64,000 nt of DNA, from contig NC_079170.1 in assembly GCF_947568905.1 (NCBI RefSeq), positions 42,470,001 to 42,534,000 on the forward strand, given 5' to 3'. Shown here piece by piece: positions 1 to 13,628 of the stretch (position 1 is its first letter; each line of letters opens with the position of its first letter). Origin of the DNA: Ostrea edulis. Taxonomy: Eukaryota. The notes under the pieces were generated by a model. That model did no database searches. It worked only from the letters and a program-made list of their open reading frames with translations, and was not told the origin of the DNA. The position numbers and the translations under genes are program-made.

Positions 1-2239
1 GTTTAAACAAAGTTAATTAAATTGCGTCAAATTGTTGGCCGTTTTGTTGAAGAACACACTGATCTGTTTTCTATCGAAACTTCGAACTAGAACTAGCTTA
101 CTGCAGTGGGGAACCATGCCTTTACTTTATCAATCAATAAGTAAATCATAAGTAATTAATTGTGATTTGGCGTTTTGTGATTTTGTTTAACAACGCCCAT
201 TTGGTTCGTTTTACATGTACTGTGGATTAAACCATTATGTTCTGTGAAGATCTTATTTTGTGTCGTGACGAAATCGCTTAATTCCTCTTCAAATTAATTA
301 TATGTTTCACTTACACGAGTTATTCTACAGTTTTTGCTCTAAAGATCTAATTTTGTGCATAGCTACATGAAATTAAAAGAATTCCAACAATGCGACCGCG
401 CAGCAGCCTGTCACAACACAGCGACGTCCGCAGTAACGCGTCGTTTTCCTGGTTCACGATGTGTAAAACATGTCTTCACTTTTCTTGTACGTATACAGGT
501 TTTGAGACAAATGATAAGTGGCCACCTTAGGGTTTTAATGTCCTCTGAATAATGGTTATTGCTGTTTTATGAAATTACTTGTAATAAAAACATCGCTTCG
601 CCATGTTTTCTGCTTTTCCAAAGAGCAGTTCAAGTGCACTGGGCCAAAATGGCTGCACTCTTAACGGTAGAAACACACATTTCATAAACCTGTATTGGAC
701 TGTAATAGGCTACTTGACCGTGCATTGCTTTACAAGAAGCTATATAACGAATTAATAAAAATGTGAACTTGGCAATTCGTTTAATATACAGTGGTCTGTT
801 CTTATAAAATTAACCTTCTGTTATAACTGATAGTTCGATCTTTTATATATATTATTATTATTATTTTGATTTACTACTTTGAGGGCTTGCATTATATTTT
901 ATTACGTTTCGCGCTGCACTAGTGTTTGAACCATAGAATTTGATAAAAACCATTATCGGCGCATGTTAAATTGTGCTTCACACCAATGTGTGGGGTGTGT
1001 TACCATGATAAGTGACATCTCCCGTTTTTTGAGATTTATCTTTAAGAAAACCTAAAAGTCAACAATTTTTGTCTGAATACCTCGGTGACGGCGGAGAAAC
1101 TTGCGTGATACCTGCCGCTAGCGGGGGTATGTGCATATTGCGATCATTTTATGTGGGTGGGCCACGATATTGCAAGGTGTGGGATCGGAAATAAGACTGA
1201 CATTGTAGAATAAAGGTTGTTCTACTGAAGGTTAAATTCTGCAAACATTAGGCTTGTATCGGAAGCAAAACTTAGTGTACATTTTATAACCCTAATACGG
1301 AATTGCACGAGTTCGTGTTTACCTATGCAGTCGTGAATTTTGCTTTAAGTGTAATTAGTTATGTCATCTCTATGGAAAAAAAGATAATGGTGTTATTGAC
1401 CACATCAAATTGGTCATGGACGATCTTCTCTTGTTGTCAGATTTGATTTCTCCGCTTCCGGTAGTCATCGGAGACCGATTCGTGTCGTCTCTGTTTTCGG
1501 ATTGTTTACACGTTTTTCCCATGTCAATCCGCCAGAAAATATCCATGGCTGTCCTCCGAAAACACGAAAAGTATTAACCTTCAAAACGTTTCTGCTTCTT
1601 TCTTTGTTGTTCAATCAAATTGTTAGTCCGATTGAGAAAGAGAGCAAAAAACATTGAACAAGTTTTGAACTATTTCAAAAGAAATTATTGCATCAATTGA
1701 GGAAGGTTTCCATTCTAATTTATTTCAACATTTGATGACTCAAAGTGTTTTAAATTCTTACAGTTCTTACAGAAATGAATTTCACTGTTGTAATGTTGCT
1801 TTTACAACTAAAAATGATATATTTAAGAAATAAATTTCATTTTGAAAAATTCATGAAGTTATGAACTGCGACGCTCACGCCGACATATTTCATGAAACCG
1901 TTAAAATAGATATACTCAATTTATCATTGCAAGATTCATACGCGCATTGTTTACAAAAGCAACGCATTAATGAGGAAATGGCTATCATTACAATTTGTAA
2001 GGATATCAAAGGCAAACACATTGGAAATATAAACATTTAGATATATCTCGCCGTAAATGACCCCATGGTTAAATACTTTTTGTGTATGGAGGACATAAAA
2101 TTTGAGTTACCCAGTTGCACTCCAATTACTGGGGCGTGTTTAGTTCTTAATTAAGGTTATACGTAAATATGTATTACAGGAAGTTTTATATATATATGGA
2201 CTGACTTATTGTAGCAAGGAAGTGAACAAAATTCTTCGG

Positions 2240-2312
2240 ATCAGTCGGTGATCGAACCATGAACCCTTCCATTACTAGTTAGGGTATTTAAGCACTGAGC
2301 TAACTAGGACGA
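2240..2312 (-). pseudogene. tRNA-Thr(AGT)-like relic or SINE head
   Basis: A-box tagctcagtg, loop ctagtaa, B-box ggttcgatc. The anticodon and acceptor stems do not pair. Confidence 0.5.
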
Positions 2313-2467
2313 TATACGAAGTATAGTAATATTACTACAATGTAGAATTTAAATCTATTGCGAAATCATACAAGCACTCTTCATACTGAGGAGATGAAAA
2401 AATAGTTTTAGAATAAAAATGGCAGAAATGTTGCAAATGACCTTAAAGTGAATAGATGTTGACGTAC

Positions 2468-2755
2468 CGTCCTTCGTGATGTTGACAAATCGTTCCACAC
2501 TCTCTGGGCTCCAGTGAGTTTTGTTGTAGACCTTGATGGTGAATTTCAGACGGTTTCCCGCCTGTAGTTTCCCGGCCCGGACCTGAGTACACACCTCATC
2601 CCTCTTACCCACGATCCCCACGGGGTGACTGGTCACATTCTGACCATTAATGGCAAACTGCAGCTGATAGTGGTCTACCGCTGACCCGTTGGTGTTGTCC
2701 TTCCAGCAGATCCTGGCTGTAGTGCCTTCCACGGACACACAAAATATTTCCGGTG
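2468..2755 (-). CDS. Cadherin/FN3 protein, fibronectin type III exon
   Basis: Acceptor tttatttcacaatag|, donor G|gtacgt, 288 nt, phase 1-1. FN3 pattern: P-P...TTARICW...VDHYQLQF...L.AG..LKFTIKVYN...SPES. Confidence 0.85.
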
Positions 2756-4089
2756 CTATTGTGAAATAAAAAGACAAAGTCACCGAGATCATATCCATTG
2801 TGAAGAGAATACTGGAACCGACACTTTTAGAACGATTTTTTTTTCAAACGTACACTCCTCTGTATTAGAATTTTAAATCACTATCTCGCTTTCATCCTGG
2901 GAGCAACCAAAATATTTCTGTCGCATTTTTTTTCTGTATGAAAGGTCGAAGAATCAACAAAATTATTGGTACTCCATACTGTATTAATCAATGCCGTCGT
3001 TCCTGATTAGAAATTCTCTTACAACAAAATGTCCCTCCGTCATTTTGACATGTTCAGTATTGAACAACAGTAATTATGACATTTCATCGAAAAAGGACCG
3101 CAAAATTTTTATCCTTTAAACTGAAATATTAGAGAAAAAACTAGCAGAGGCAAAAAGTGACGAAGAAGATCACAGATTCACCGAGAAAGATATAAATTCA
3201 TCACACGTACATCTAAACAGATAAAATTGTGCAGTGCCCCGGAGTGACCATTTATCTTGATGACGACTCAAGAGTACGCGGCTTTTACCTGTGTATTTGA
3301 CGCGTGTTGGGCTATTTAGCTCGAGCGGCGACAAAAACGAAAGGCAGCGCACCTGCTTCGGCAGGTCCCATTCCATCTACATTTGGAACTCCCTTTCATT
3401 GATCAATTATCAATAAATTACCGATTTATCAAGTAAAGGGAGCGAAGAAATCTATCTAGATTAGCGGGGTTCGCTGATTGTTAAAGATCAATTATCGATA
3501 GCTTGCTGATTTATCAACCGAGATGCCTGAAACATTTGCTTAAGCAAAGCTAGATGAGTTTTAAAACACCAACAACAAACAGATCGACGGACAACATAAG
3601 CCGACAGGATTTCAGTTATTTCCAGACCTTTCATGACGTATTCAAATGTCAAGATCCGACTAAATCGTTTCTTAAAAGACACGCTGATTGCTTTTCGGGT
3701 TTTAACATACTGTTTTCCATCCAGATAGTGTCTGATCTAAGATGTGCCGTTTTTAATCACGGGCTGTAGTGGCCGGAGAGCGGGCGTTAGTGACGTACTA
3801 TTTAGAAATTAGGAACACCACTAACAACAACGTTCTACAAGAATTTTTACCCAAACACTCCCTGAAATTTACGCACTCCATATCGCCCATCACGGGGGGT
3901 GCGTGATTGAAATTATCGATCTGTCTTCGTTATTTGCAGCACAAAGAATGTGTATAATTGGTTTTAAAATATTTTATCGATCTTTAAATGAACATTTTTG
4001 GAACTGGTCACAATTTCTGTAACTAAGGACGCCTTTCCCCAATTGTTCTGTATATATTCTGACAATGTTTTCATGGTTCTAATGATTTA

Positions 4090-4700
4090 GGGCATCCCCT
4101 ATTTTTGATATTTGTCAATGGTGTTGCTGAAAATATGGTATCAAATCTAGCCTTCAGAATAGACTGAACATAGGTCAAACCACAACCTCAATCTTTAAAA
4201 CAAAATAATTCAACAAATGAATATACTTAAATTCAATCCATCCAAAAACAATGGCAGTATACTACTGAGTGTATAATTTCATTGGGAAACAAATAGGATT
4301 TTCAAGACCGATACCATGGCAACAGACCAGTCCATCGTCATTTAGTTCTGTTATCAATACATTAATAGTAACGGAGTGCATATAGAAAACGTGGACTTCT
4401 TAAAAACCTGATTTTTTCATTGGTAAAAAAAAAACCCTATTAAAACGCATACAACATTTATAAGACCTATGCTACAATTGTTTGGGATGGCTGGAATCCA
4501 TGTATTGTACAATAAATCGTAAACAAGATAAAATGCTATATTGATATGATTCAAATCAAGTACGGCTATTCTTGATCACGGTTTATTCAAACGAAATATT
4601 ATTGATAATCCTTTCTTGTGGAAAACAGAAAGTTGCATGCCATTTTGTTGTATGTAAAAACGCATTCTAATGTTTGAAATAATTAGACTGTCTATTTAGA
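4090..4700 (+). mobile_element. Degraded non-LTR retrotransposon (CR1/L2-like RT 3' region)
   Basis: Relic peptides PLFLIFVNGVAE, LKFNPSK, TFIRPML...VWDG, with stops and frameshifts. Confidence 0.5.
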
Positions 4701-5971
4701 CTTGATTTAAACATTATAGACACGCGCAGTGTATACACTTTTTACTTTGGAGCAATACAAAATTGTCTTTGGACCTGACCACATCATTTTGGCTGCTGTA
4801 TACAAATATAGAGATGGATCTTGTAGATTAAAATAAGTTTTTATAATAACTTTTATTTGTACAGCACGTATATAATTTTATTCTGTAATAATTTCTGTCC
4901 ATGACAACTATTAGTTATATAAGGATGAGACCTAGAGTAACTACGAAGTGGTCAGAACGAGTTTCCAGTCCTTTTGATGTTTAAATAAAAAAATGTTTAT
5001 CAAAATATGTTTATCGTTGTTGCTGATATTGTAGTTGTTGGTTTTGTGTTTGCTGTTGAGGTTGTTTAAGTTAAAGGGGCTCTAATATCAGAAAAATGAG
5101 GAAATAAGAAGATCCATGAATTTCGATCTTCCTTTGAGTTAAATAATTATGTTTACAGCAACTTAAACCTGACTATTTGAAAACCAAATATGTTCATGTT
5201 CTAGAAATTAAAGAAAATGCGTTTTAAAATCTATACTCCTACATGTGCAATGCTCTAGTTCATTAGTTATAACTTTGACCCATAAACTTTGACCTATCAG
5301 AAAGCTTTGACCTTAGCTGCCATAGGTTAAATCAGTCCGCCCAATTTTAAGTATTTATATCTTGAATAATTACATAAGAAATATCACCAAATATGTTTAA
5401 ACATTATAAACAAACTGACACAATGGGGAAATGTACATGTATGTACCAGATAAACAAGTCCTGGGAATGATGAAATACAAATATCCGAGTCATTTAAATT
5501 GACAAGCGAGAACACAAGGTATAGGCATGTCGGAAGTACACCAAAATATTTGTCAATTGTCGATTTCGTTCGATTTTTTTTTTCCATCTATGCCTATGAC
5601 ACTCTAAGTTAGAGCGAAACCGTCAATGAGGAGATATTTGTAAGCTTGTGCGGGGATTGACAACTTTTATTGTCACGTGATCTGTTTAGCCATCAGGTTG
5701 GACAGGTGAAGGGGAAATAACTTTTGTCATCTCAGATGAAAACATGAGTAATCGCGGTTACCTTGACGAAGAGATTAGATTTTTATTGCAACTTCTACAA
5801 TGTATTTTACCGTCACAGCTGATATCAAATATTCCTCTGTTTCAAAATGTATTGAGAGTGAAAATAATATTCAAAGAAACTGAAAAATGAGCACTTTCAT
5901 TAATTCTTTGTTTCATTCAAAACACACTGACGTTGGACTTTGACACCACTTCAAAGGAAGCAAATACTCAC

Positions 5972-6601
5972 GTGCCAGATCAGTGATTTCCACATAGACT
6001 TGGGAGCTGGAAGATTTGATGGGCGACCCCGAATCTATAGCTGTAACATTGAACGCTATCGAGGTCATATTCTCCGGGAAGTTGGATATAATTCCTATCT
6101 GTCCATTCTCTGGGTCAATTTTAAAATATTTCAAGGCTTCGGGTTCAAAAATAAAGTACCGAAAAATGGCATTGTAGCCCCTTATGTCCTCATCTGTCGC
6201 GGAAACAGCTCCCAGTGTGTTCAGACTGTGATTCAAAGAATCTCGAAGTGCCACAAATTTGTAAAGTCTCATTGAGAAATATGGCGCATAAATATTTTCC
6301 GAAGAAACTATTATTTTCACTTGAGTGTCTCTAACAACGCCTTCATATGATCCAAAGATCCGGAATTCGAACGTGTAGTTCTCGGGTTTGTTCATGATTT
6401 TTCGAGTAGAGAGATACCACTTTAGGTTTCCTGTAGGGGTGATTTTGAAGTATCTCGTGTTTATGTTATCTTCCATGGACAGTTTATTCAGTGGTTGACC
6501 CGTGGCGTTGTCATATCCTGTGATGGTCAGGATGAGAGTGTCCGGGGGAGAGTTCTCGTGCACACGTGCGGGGTAGGCGTCCAACACCAATTCTGGCCGG
6601 G
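5972..6601 (-). CDS. Cadherin/FN3 protein, exon with two cadherin repeats
   Basis: Acceptor ttttactttcag|, donor |gtgagt, 630 nt, phase 1-1. Cadherin motifs: VHENSPP, ENIYAPYF, VSATDED, FKIDPENGQI, FNVTAIDSGSP. Confidence 0.92.
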
Positions 6602-7369
6602 CTGAAAGTAAAACAACTGATTTACATGATAAATCTTTAATATCATACTAGGCAGTCAATAATTTCTTTATTCATATTATATATCAATACGGATCCTATT
6701 AACTACTGAATGTCTGAAATGATTTCAACACTCAATAGATGATATGTACTGTATAATATACTTAATAAATATCACGTTTAAATCACGTGCTTGTTTAGTT
6801 TATAAATATTTTCTTCACTACAGAAAGGGCTTGAAAAGCAGGCTATAAACACAGAAAGAAAGACAGGTTGAGAGCGAGACAGAGAGAAAGATAGAGAGAG
6901 AAAAGAGAAAGATGCGACCTACAATACAAAACGATACCAGTAGTAAAACAAACATTGCACGTGTGAATTATCATCACGTTTTGTTAATGTCTTAAATGAG
7001 GGGAACATTTCTTTGTAATTATTTTTTTCTCTCGAAAAATTCGTTCAAAGAGGTTGATGTATCAGCCTCAGAAAACTTAATGGGTTCAAAGAAATTCAAG
7101 ATTGTTGCCTGTTTGTGAATTGCTGAACGGTGTGTACTGTTTAAAAGATCATGTCTTTATGATGAGACACGAGATTATGTAACACGTGCATCTTTGAACA
7201 AGGAGAACCCCGACACAATGTTACTTATACTGAAGTATTTTAGAGCCATTAGACTTATTTAAAAAAGATGTATTCCATCTCATTTCTTATATTGCATATC
7301 TTTGTGAGATTTTGCATTCAAATATCAGAGAGATTACATCGAACATTCCCTTCCCGGGTCCGTGAGTCC

Positions 7370-7748
7370 AGATTCGCTAGTACATTCCAGATCCGTTAGT
7401 ACATGTCCAGATCCGTCAGTACATCTCGACATCCGTTAGTTCATGTCTAGATCCGTTAATCCATGTCTAGATCCGTTAATCCATGTCTAGATCCGTCAGT
7501 ACATCTCTAGATCCGTTAGTCCATGTCTAGATCCGTTAGTACATTTCTAGATCCGTTAGTCCATGTCTAGATTCGTTAGTCCATGTCCAGATCCGTTAGT
7601 CCATGTCTAGATCCGTTAGTACATCTCTAGATCCGTTAGTCCATGTCTAGATCCGTTAGTACATCTCTAGATCCGTTAGTACATGTCTACCGGTAGATCC
7701 GTTAGTCCATATCGAGATCTGTTAGTACATTTTTAGATCCGTTAGTAC
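7370..7748. repeat. 20-bp minisatellite (~18 copies) in intron of the cadherin gene
   Basis: Unit agatccgttagtccatgtct with the variant agatccgttagtacatctct. Followed by a G-run. Confidence 0.95.
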
Positions 7749-8469
7749 AGTAGGGGGGGGGGGGGTGTCTATTGACGAGTGAAATAAACACACAGCGGAG
7801 GAGCGGGCAGTTGTTTAAAATTCCGGTGATAAAATCAAGTAAATAGTTTGTATCTGGGGGGAAGGGAGATTTTGAGATACCGCCTCCGTAAACAAAATCA
7901 GGAACAGAAATCCGTAAATGTTGTTTTCACAAAACTTTCATGTGTAATTCAGCGTTATATATAGAATATTTGTATACTAAAGAATATAAAAGTATTGGAT
8001 AGACTTTTTTTATTAAGTAAATGTATATTCTTGTGTATCATATTCCGTTAATGTTGTGATTTCTTCACGGGAATCTTTTGGCTTTAATGAAAAAAATTAT
8101 GGATGGGCTTTTTTCTCTCTTCTTTTTCTGGCGCCTGTAGGGGAGGTGTTAGATATTTTACAAAGTTTTAAGTACTGAACACGCAACACGTGAACTTGAT
8201 TAAATGAGTGCACCTTACTCTGATGACAAAATAGCATGATCGAACCTCGCCTACACCTTTCATCTTTAGAGTTTCACTTTTATTTCTGAGAGGCATATGA
8301 CACTCGTAATAGGTAGTCCTTTGTTATTAGATTTACAAGGCCCAAACAGTTTTTTAGTCATATATATATATAATTCCAAATAAAATATATGAATTTAGAT
8401 ACGAGGACAAAAAAAATAAGGGCGGGTTGTCCCGAACATTTGAAATTTTCAAAATGTTGGTGTCGTTGG

Positions 8470-8470
<1 letters not shown>

Positions 8471-8532
<62 letters not shown>
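8471..8532. repeat. (TA)n microsatellite next to the first coding-exon donor
   Basis: Direct reading. Other long (TA)n tracts are at ~13903-13950, 14094-14147, 14371-14418 and 38117-38166. Confidence 0.98.
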
Positions 8533-8533
<1 letters not shown>

Positions 8534-8545
8534 GTACATACTTAC

Positions 8546-8741
8546 GATCATTTGTAACGGGCTTCGTCCAGCGGCTATTTATAAGAATGCCGTACAAAAC
8601 AAGTGAATTATTTCCGGATTCTAAATTAATTTCTGATGTCCGATTCTTTAGATGCCCATTATGATCGACGGCGGTCTCAAATTTTGAGATACAAACCCAG
8701 GACAATAAGATAATGACGTGTCTAAATAGTCTCACAAACAT
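8546..8741 (-). CDS. Cadherin/FN3 protein, first coding exon (signal peptide)
   Basis: ATG at 8741 gives MFVRLFRHVIILLSWVCISKFETA..., a hydrophobic N-terminus. The exon is 196 nt (65 codons + 1) and ends at the consensus donor C|gtaagt. Its phase 1 matches the next exon, giving ...PVTND-P-RPELVLDAYP. An acceptor-like tttcag lies 4 nt before the ATG. Confidence 0.75.
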
Positions 8742-10557
8742 CTCGCTGAAACTACTTGCATCTCACTTCCACAAATTTTTAACATGTTGCAAAAATGTTT
8801 TGACACTTTTAAGTTTCACGAAATCCAAATATAGGTTTTTTTTTTTTTTATTAAATTGAACTATGATAATCCTTCACTTTTTTAAATCACGCCTCAGAGA
8901 GATTCCTTATAATGTCCCAATGAGATGCACAATGATAAATCAGCATGTACGAACAGTTTTGCAGGTTCCAATTACTGCTGAAGATCGTATAGATCTGCCT
9001 TTTTATCTTAAACTATCTTCGTGGCGCTATTAATGTGAAGAGGTATACAGAACCACGCGCTTCTAATGTCTTCTAGCAAAGGGGAATTGTTCTTTCAATG
9101 GTGCTAAAACTGGGGGTGTTGGAAAGCGATATAGTTCCTGAAGTCGATTAGACATTAATTAAGAGGAATTTTAAATACCGATCGAGTTTATATTTCCTTT
9201 TTCTGCTCATTATGAGGGATAATCATGGTTTGAACATTAAGTGTCGGTATTGTTGTGCCAAGATCTCACGTTTCGCTTCCGAGATACGCGTGAAAACTCA
9301 AGTGATGGCTGCAGAGTTATCTCGCTTGACACAAGTTTTTTTCCTGGTGCAGGTTTTACAATATGTTTAATAAATATAATGAATATCGACAAGTGCCTGT
9401 AATCATTTTCATGTTATAAAAATAAATGTGTCATATCTTTATTAATATTCATATATTACATAATATTAGTATTAATTTAAATTTAAACAATATTTTATTA
9501 TGTATGAAACATAAATGGATTAGGCAGCAGGCTTGCAGCCTATATAAGCCTTCTCCAAAAATAATATTAGTATTGTAGATATCATCATAATTGCCAGAAG
9601 AGCTTGTAGGGGAAAGTGTATAAATGTTGTAATTTTGGATTGTTATTTTCTTTAAATCAGAGAGAGAGAGAAAGAGAGAGAGATTTCAGGTTAGTGTTGT
9701 TGTATCTTTATGTTGTTGTCCATTAATTTGTAAACAAAACATATGTTTAATTGATTCGTTTATCTTCAGCCATATCAATGTGTAGAATAAACAGTACAAA
9801 CACGGGGGCTTTCACATTTGACAGACCCCAGTCCCTCTCTAACAGCCTCGGAATGCGTAACGGTAGAAGGAAGCGATTCTCCGACAAAAAAACTGTATGA
9901 ATCTCGTTTTTGCAAACATTTCATGAGTTTTAGCAGACCAAACATTGCCAACGCCTGACTTTTGACGATAAACACACTCCAAACGGCCGAAGTATTATAA
10001 CGGACCTACATGTACCACAGAACGCGCATCAAGAAATACAGGAACGGTTTGATTAAACAAGAACACCACAGCGGCGTTATGTCCCCCATCCTCGTGTACC
10101 AGTTCTCTGTCAACACTTGATTACATTTAATTTTGAGTCCCGGTGATGGGTTTATTTGCATTAGAAATAGCTAGTTGTATATTGACATAAGCATGTTGAT
10201 ATACAACCACAATATACGTGAATCTAAATATTAAGTATTTCATTACTAATTAAGACATCACTTAGAGTCATTCAGTCTTCAAATAACAGGAATTTTGTTT
10301 CCTGTACATAAAACATTTATTGTGATGTATCAAGATATTTATAAAAAGTAAATGACAAAAATATTTCGTTATCTACTCCGAGCAGTGCGCTTTGGATTCC
10401 TTGTGGAGCATTATATTTCTTTGCCTCTCTATGATCTGCTAATATATTACACATACGAATCTCATGTAAACTAAGGGACCTATACCCTCAGCCTGACACT
10501 TCATAAAATATAGTGTATAAATGTAAACTACAAAGAGTAACTCATAGTATGTAGTCG

Positions 10558-12297
10558 GTGCCCGTTATACTTACACAGGGTACTTTGTACGGGTGCCCGT
10601 TATACTTACACAGGGTACTTTGTACGTGTGCCCGTTATACTTACACAGGGTACTTTGTACGGATGCCCGTTATACATGTACTTACACAGGGTACTTTGTA
10701 CAGATGCCGGTTATAATTACACAGAGTACTTTGTACAGGTGTCTGTTATACTTACACAGCGTACTTTGTACAGGTGTCTGTTATACTTACACATAGTACT
10801 TTGTACGGATGCCCGTTATACTTACACAGGGTACTTTGGACAGATGCCCGTTATAATTACAGAGTACTTTGTACAGGTGTCTGTTATACTTACACAGGGT
10901 ACTTTGTACAGGTGCCCGTTATACTTACACAGAGTACTTTGTACAGATGTCTGTTATACTTACACAGGGTACAGTACTTTGTACAGGTGTCTGTTATACG
11001 TACACAGAGTACTTTGTACGGGTGCCCGTTATACTTACACAGGATAATTTGTACGGGTGCCCGTTATACTTACACAGGGTACTTTGTACAGATGCCCGTT
11101 ATAATTACACAGGGTACTTTGTACAGATGCCCGTTATAATTACACACTTACACAGGGTACTTTGAACAGATGCCCGTTATAATTACACACTTACACAGGG
11201 TACTTTGTATGAGTGCCCGTTATACTTACACAGGGTACTTTGTACAGGTGTCTGTTATACTTACACAGCGTACTTTGTACAGGTGTCTGTTATACTTACA
11301 CAGAGTACTTTGTATGGGTGCCCGTTATACTTACACAGGGTACATTGTACGGGTGTCTGTTATACTTACACAGGGTACTTTGTACAGATGCCCGTTATAA
11401 TTACACAGGGTACTTTGTACAGATGCCCGTTATAATTACACAGGGTACTTTGTACAGGTGTCCGTTATACTTACACAGGGTACTTTGTACAGGTGTTTGT
11501 TATACTTACACAGCGTACTTTGTACAGGTGTCTGTTATACTTACACAGAGTACTTTGTACGGGTGCCCGTTATACTTACACAGGGTACATTGTACGGGTG
11601 TCTGTTATACTTACACAGAGTATTTTGTACAGGTGTCTCTTATACTTACACAATGTACTTTGTACTAGTGCCCGTTATACTTACACAGGGTACTTTGTAC
11701 GAGTGCCCGTTATACTTACACAGGGTACTTTGTACAGGTGTCTGTTATACGTACACAGGGTACTTTGTACAGGTGCCCGTTATACTTACACAGGGTACTT
11801 TGTACAGGTGTCTGTTATACTTACACAGGGTACTTTGTACAGGTGTCTGTTATACGTACAAAGGGTACTTTGTACAGGTGCCCGTTATACTTACACAGGG
11901 TACTTTGTACGAGTGCCCGTTATACTTACACAGGGTACTTTGTACTAGTGCCCGTTATACTTACACAATGTACTTTGTACTAGTGCCCGTTATACTTACA
12001 CAATGTACTTTGTACTAGTGCCCGTTATACTTACACAATGTACTTTGTACTAGTGCCCGTTATACTTACACAAGGTACTTTGTACTAGTGCCCGTTATAC
12101 TTACACAGGGTACTTTGTACAGGTGCCCGTTATACTTACACAGAGTACTTTGTACAGGTGTTCGTTATACTTACACAATGTACTTTGTACTAGTGCCCGT
12201 TATACTTACACAATGTACTTTGTACTAGTGCCCGTTATACTTACACAATGTACTTTGTACTAGTGCCCGTTATACTTACACAGGGTACTTTGTACTA
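10558..12297. repeat. 35-bp minisatellite (~50 copies)
   Basis: Unit gtgcccgttatacttacacagggtactttgtacag; period 35 (10561 to 10596). Confidence 0.97.
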
Positions 12298-13201
12298 GGG
12301 TTGCTAGTATGAGACTGCTGATTGAAAACAACATCATGCTGTTGAGAATTTACCTGCAATAAATGTTAACTCTAAATTAAAATAGAAAAAAAAAAATAAT
12401 AGTTTCCCTCGATGAATACTAAGTTTACCTTCACCAAATGTGTCGTAACTTTTCACATCATTCTTTCTAATGTTTCAATAAGGTTCCCTTCTAACAAATA
12501 ACACTGCCAGCGCGCGGACCCGGGGGGTGGGGGGTGGGGTGGAATACGCACCTCCACAAAGATTGGTATACATGTATGTTTGCCTATTCCCATGCAGTTT
12601 CGGTTTTAAAATACTAAATGTTACTCTCCTGGTAAACTTTGAACCGCGTTCCTGAATCGGAAATGGCCAGGGATGCAACATCTTTCCCGGGGGAAACTCG
12701 AGATCCATGCATGCACAGATTTAAATTAATTTATATGTATGGATTTGATTTTTCATTTCAAGTTTCAAATGTTCTCATTCGCTCAGACCACATGTAGCGA
12801 TATGTGAGATGCACAACATATTTTACATTAATTATTGTTCATTACAACAGAGGTAAAATGCACAATGTACAATTGGATATGGACAGATCATTAAGGACGA
12901 TAGGGTATGACGTGCATTTTCTCTATAGACATACATAAATTCTTCAGCGTTTTTTTTTTTGTATTGTAAGATGTCATTAGTTCACACAAAATTTGTATAC
13001 ATCCGGTCGTTGACAATATCTTTCTCCTGAGTACTTTTTAGAATTATTTTAACACAACACTACATTCTGAAATGAAATGAAATTCATCCGCTATTTGAGA
13101 AGTGTGACGTAATCTACATATCAGGATCATATAGAGTGTCATACAAGTCATAACTTTTATGTTGGTCCTCGACCTGATCAATAGGTTAATACAGTCTGTG
13201 A

Positions 13202-13273
<72 letters not shown>

Positions 13274-13557
13274 AGTAAAACGTGTAAAGTGAGGACAAAT
13301 TTCAACGTTGTGAGGACAAGAATGCCCTACAGCATGTGAAAGTATTAGCTTAGTGAGGACAAGTGGTGTGAGGACATGTCCTTACTAATATTCTCAAAAA
13401 CCTTTTTTTCATAATTCAAAAGAGAGTATTAGATAAACTTTTATAGATATCCCTATAGCTATACCTAACATAGTACTTTTTTGCCTTTAGAATAATATAT
13501 GTGTGTATTCTCTTCTACACATTGTGAGGACGTCCTCATTTAGTAGGTTTGGTCGGC

Positions 13558-13610
<53 letters not shown>

Positions 13611-13628
13611 TTGGGAGAGAGAGAGAGA
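13202..13628. repeat. (TA)n(GA)n and (GA)n microsatellites
   Basis: Tracts at ~13202-13271 and ~13559-13628. Confidence 0.95.

Noticed and set aside
1-1700. Further exons of the cadherin/FN3 gene
   Set aside because: No ORF with convincing splice sites or domain similarity was found. The gene probably continues outside the window.
3170-3920. ORFs and recurring attatcgat-like motifs
   Set aside because: Possibly a decayed DNA transposon, but no TIR, TSD or protein motif could be defined.
8354-8664. ORFs with IYIYIY runs, also at 13044, 13487, 37995 and 38306
   Set aside because: Read-through of (TA)n or (GA)n microsatellites. Only 8546-8741 on the minus strand is a real exon.
10593-12018. 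Many overlapping ORFs (MPVILTQGTLY...)
   Set aside because: Frame-cycling translations of the 35-bp satellite, with no splice or start context.
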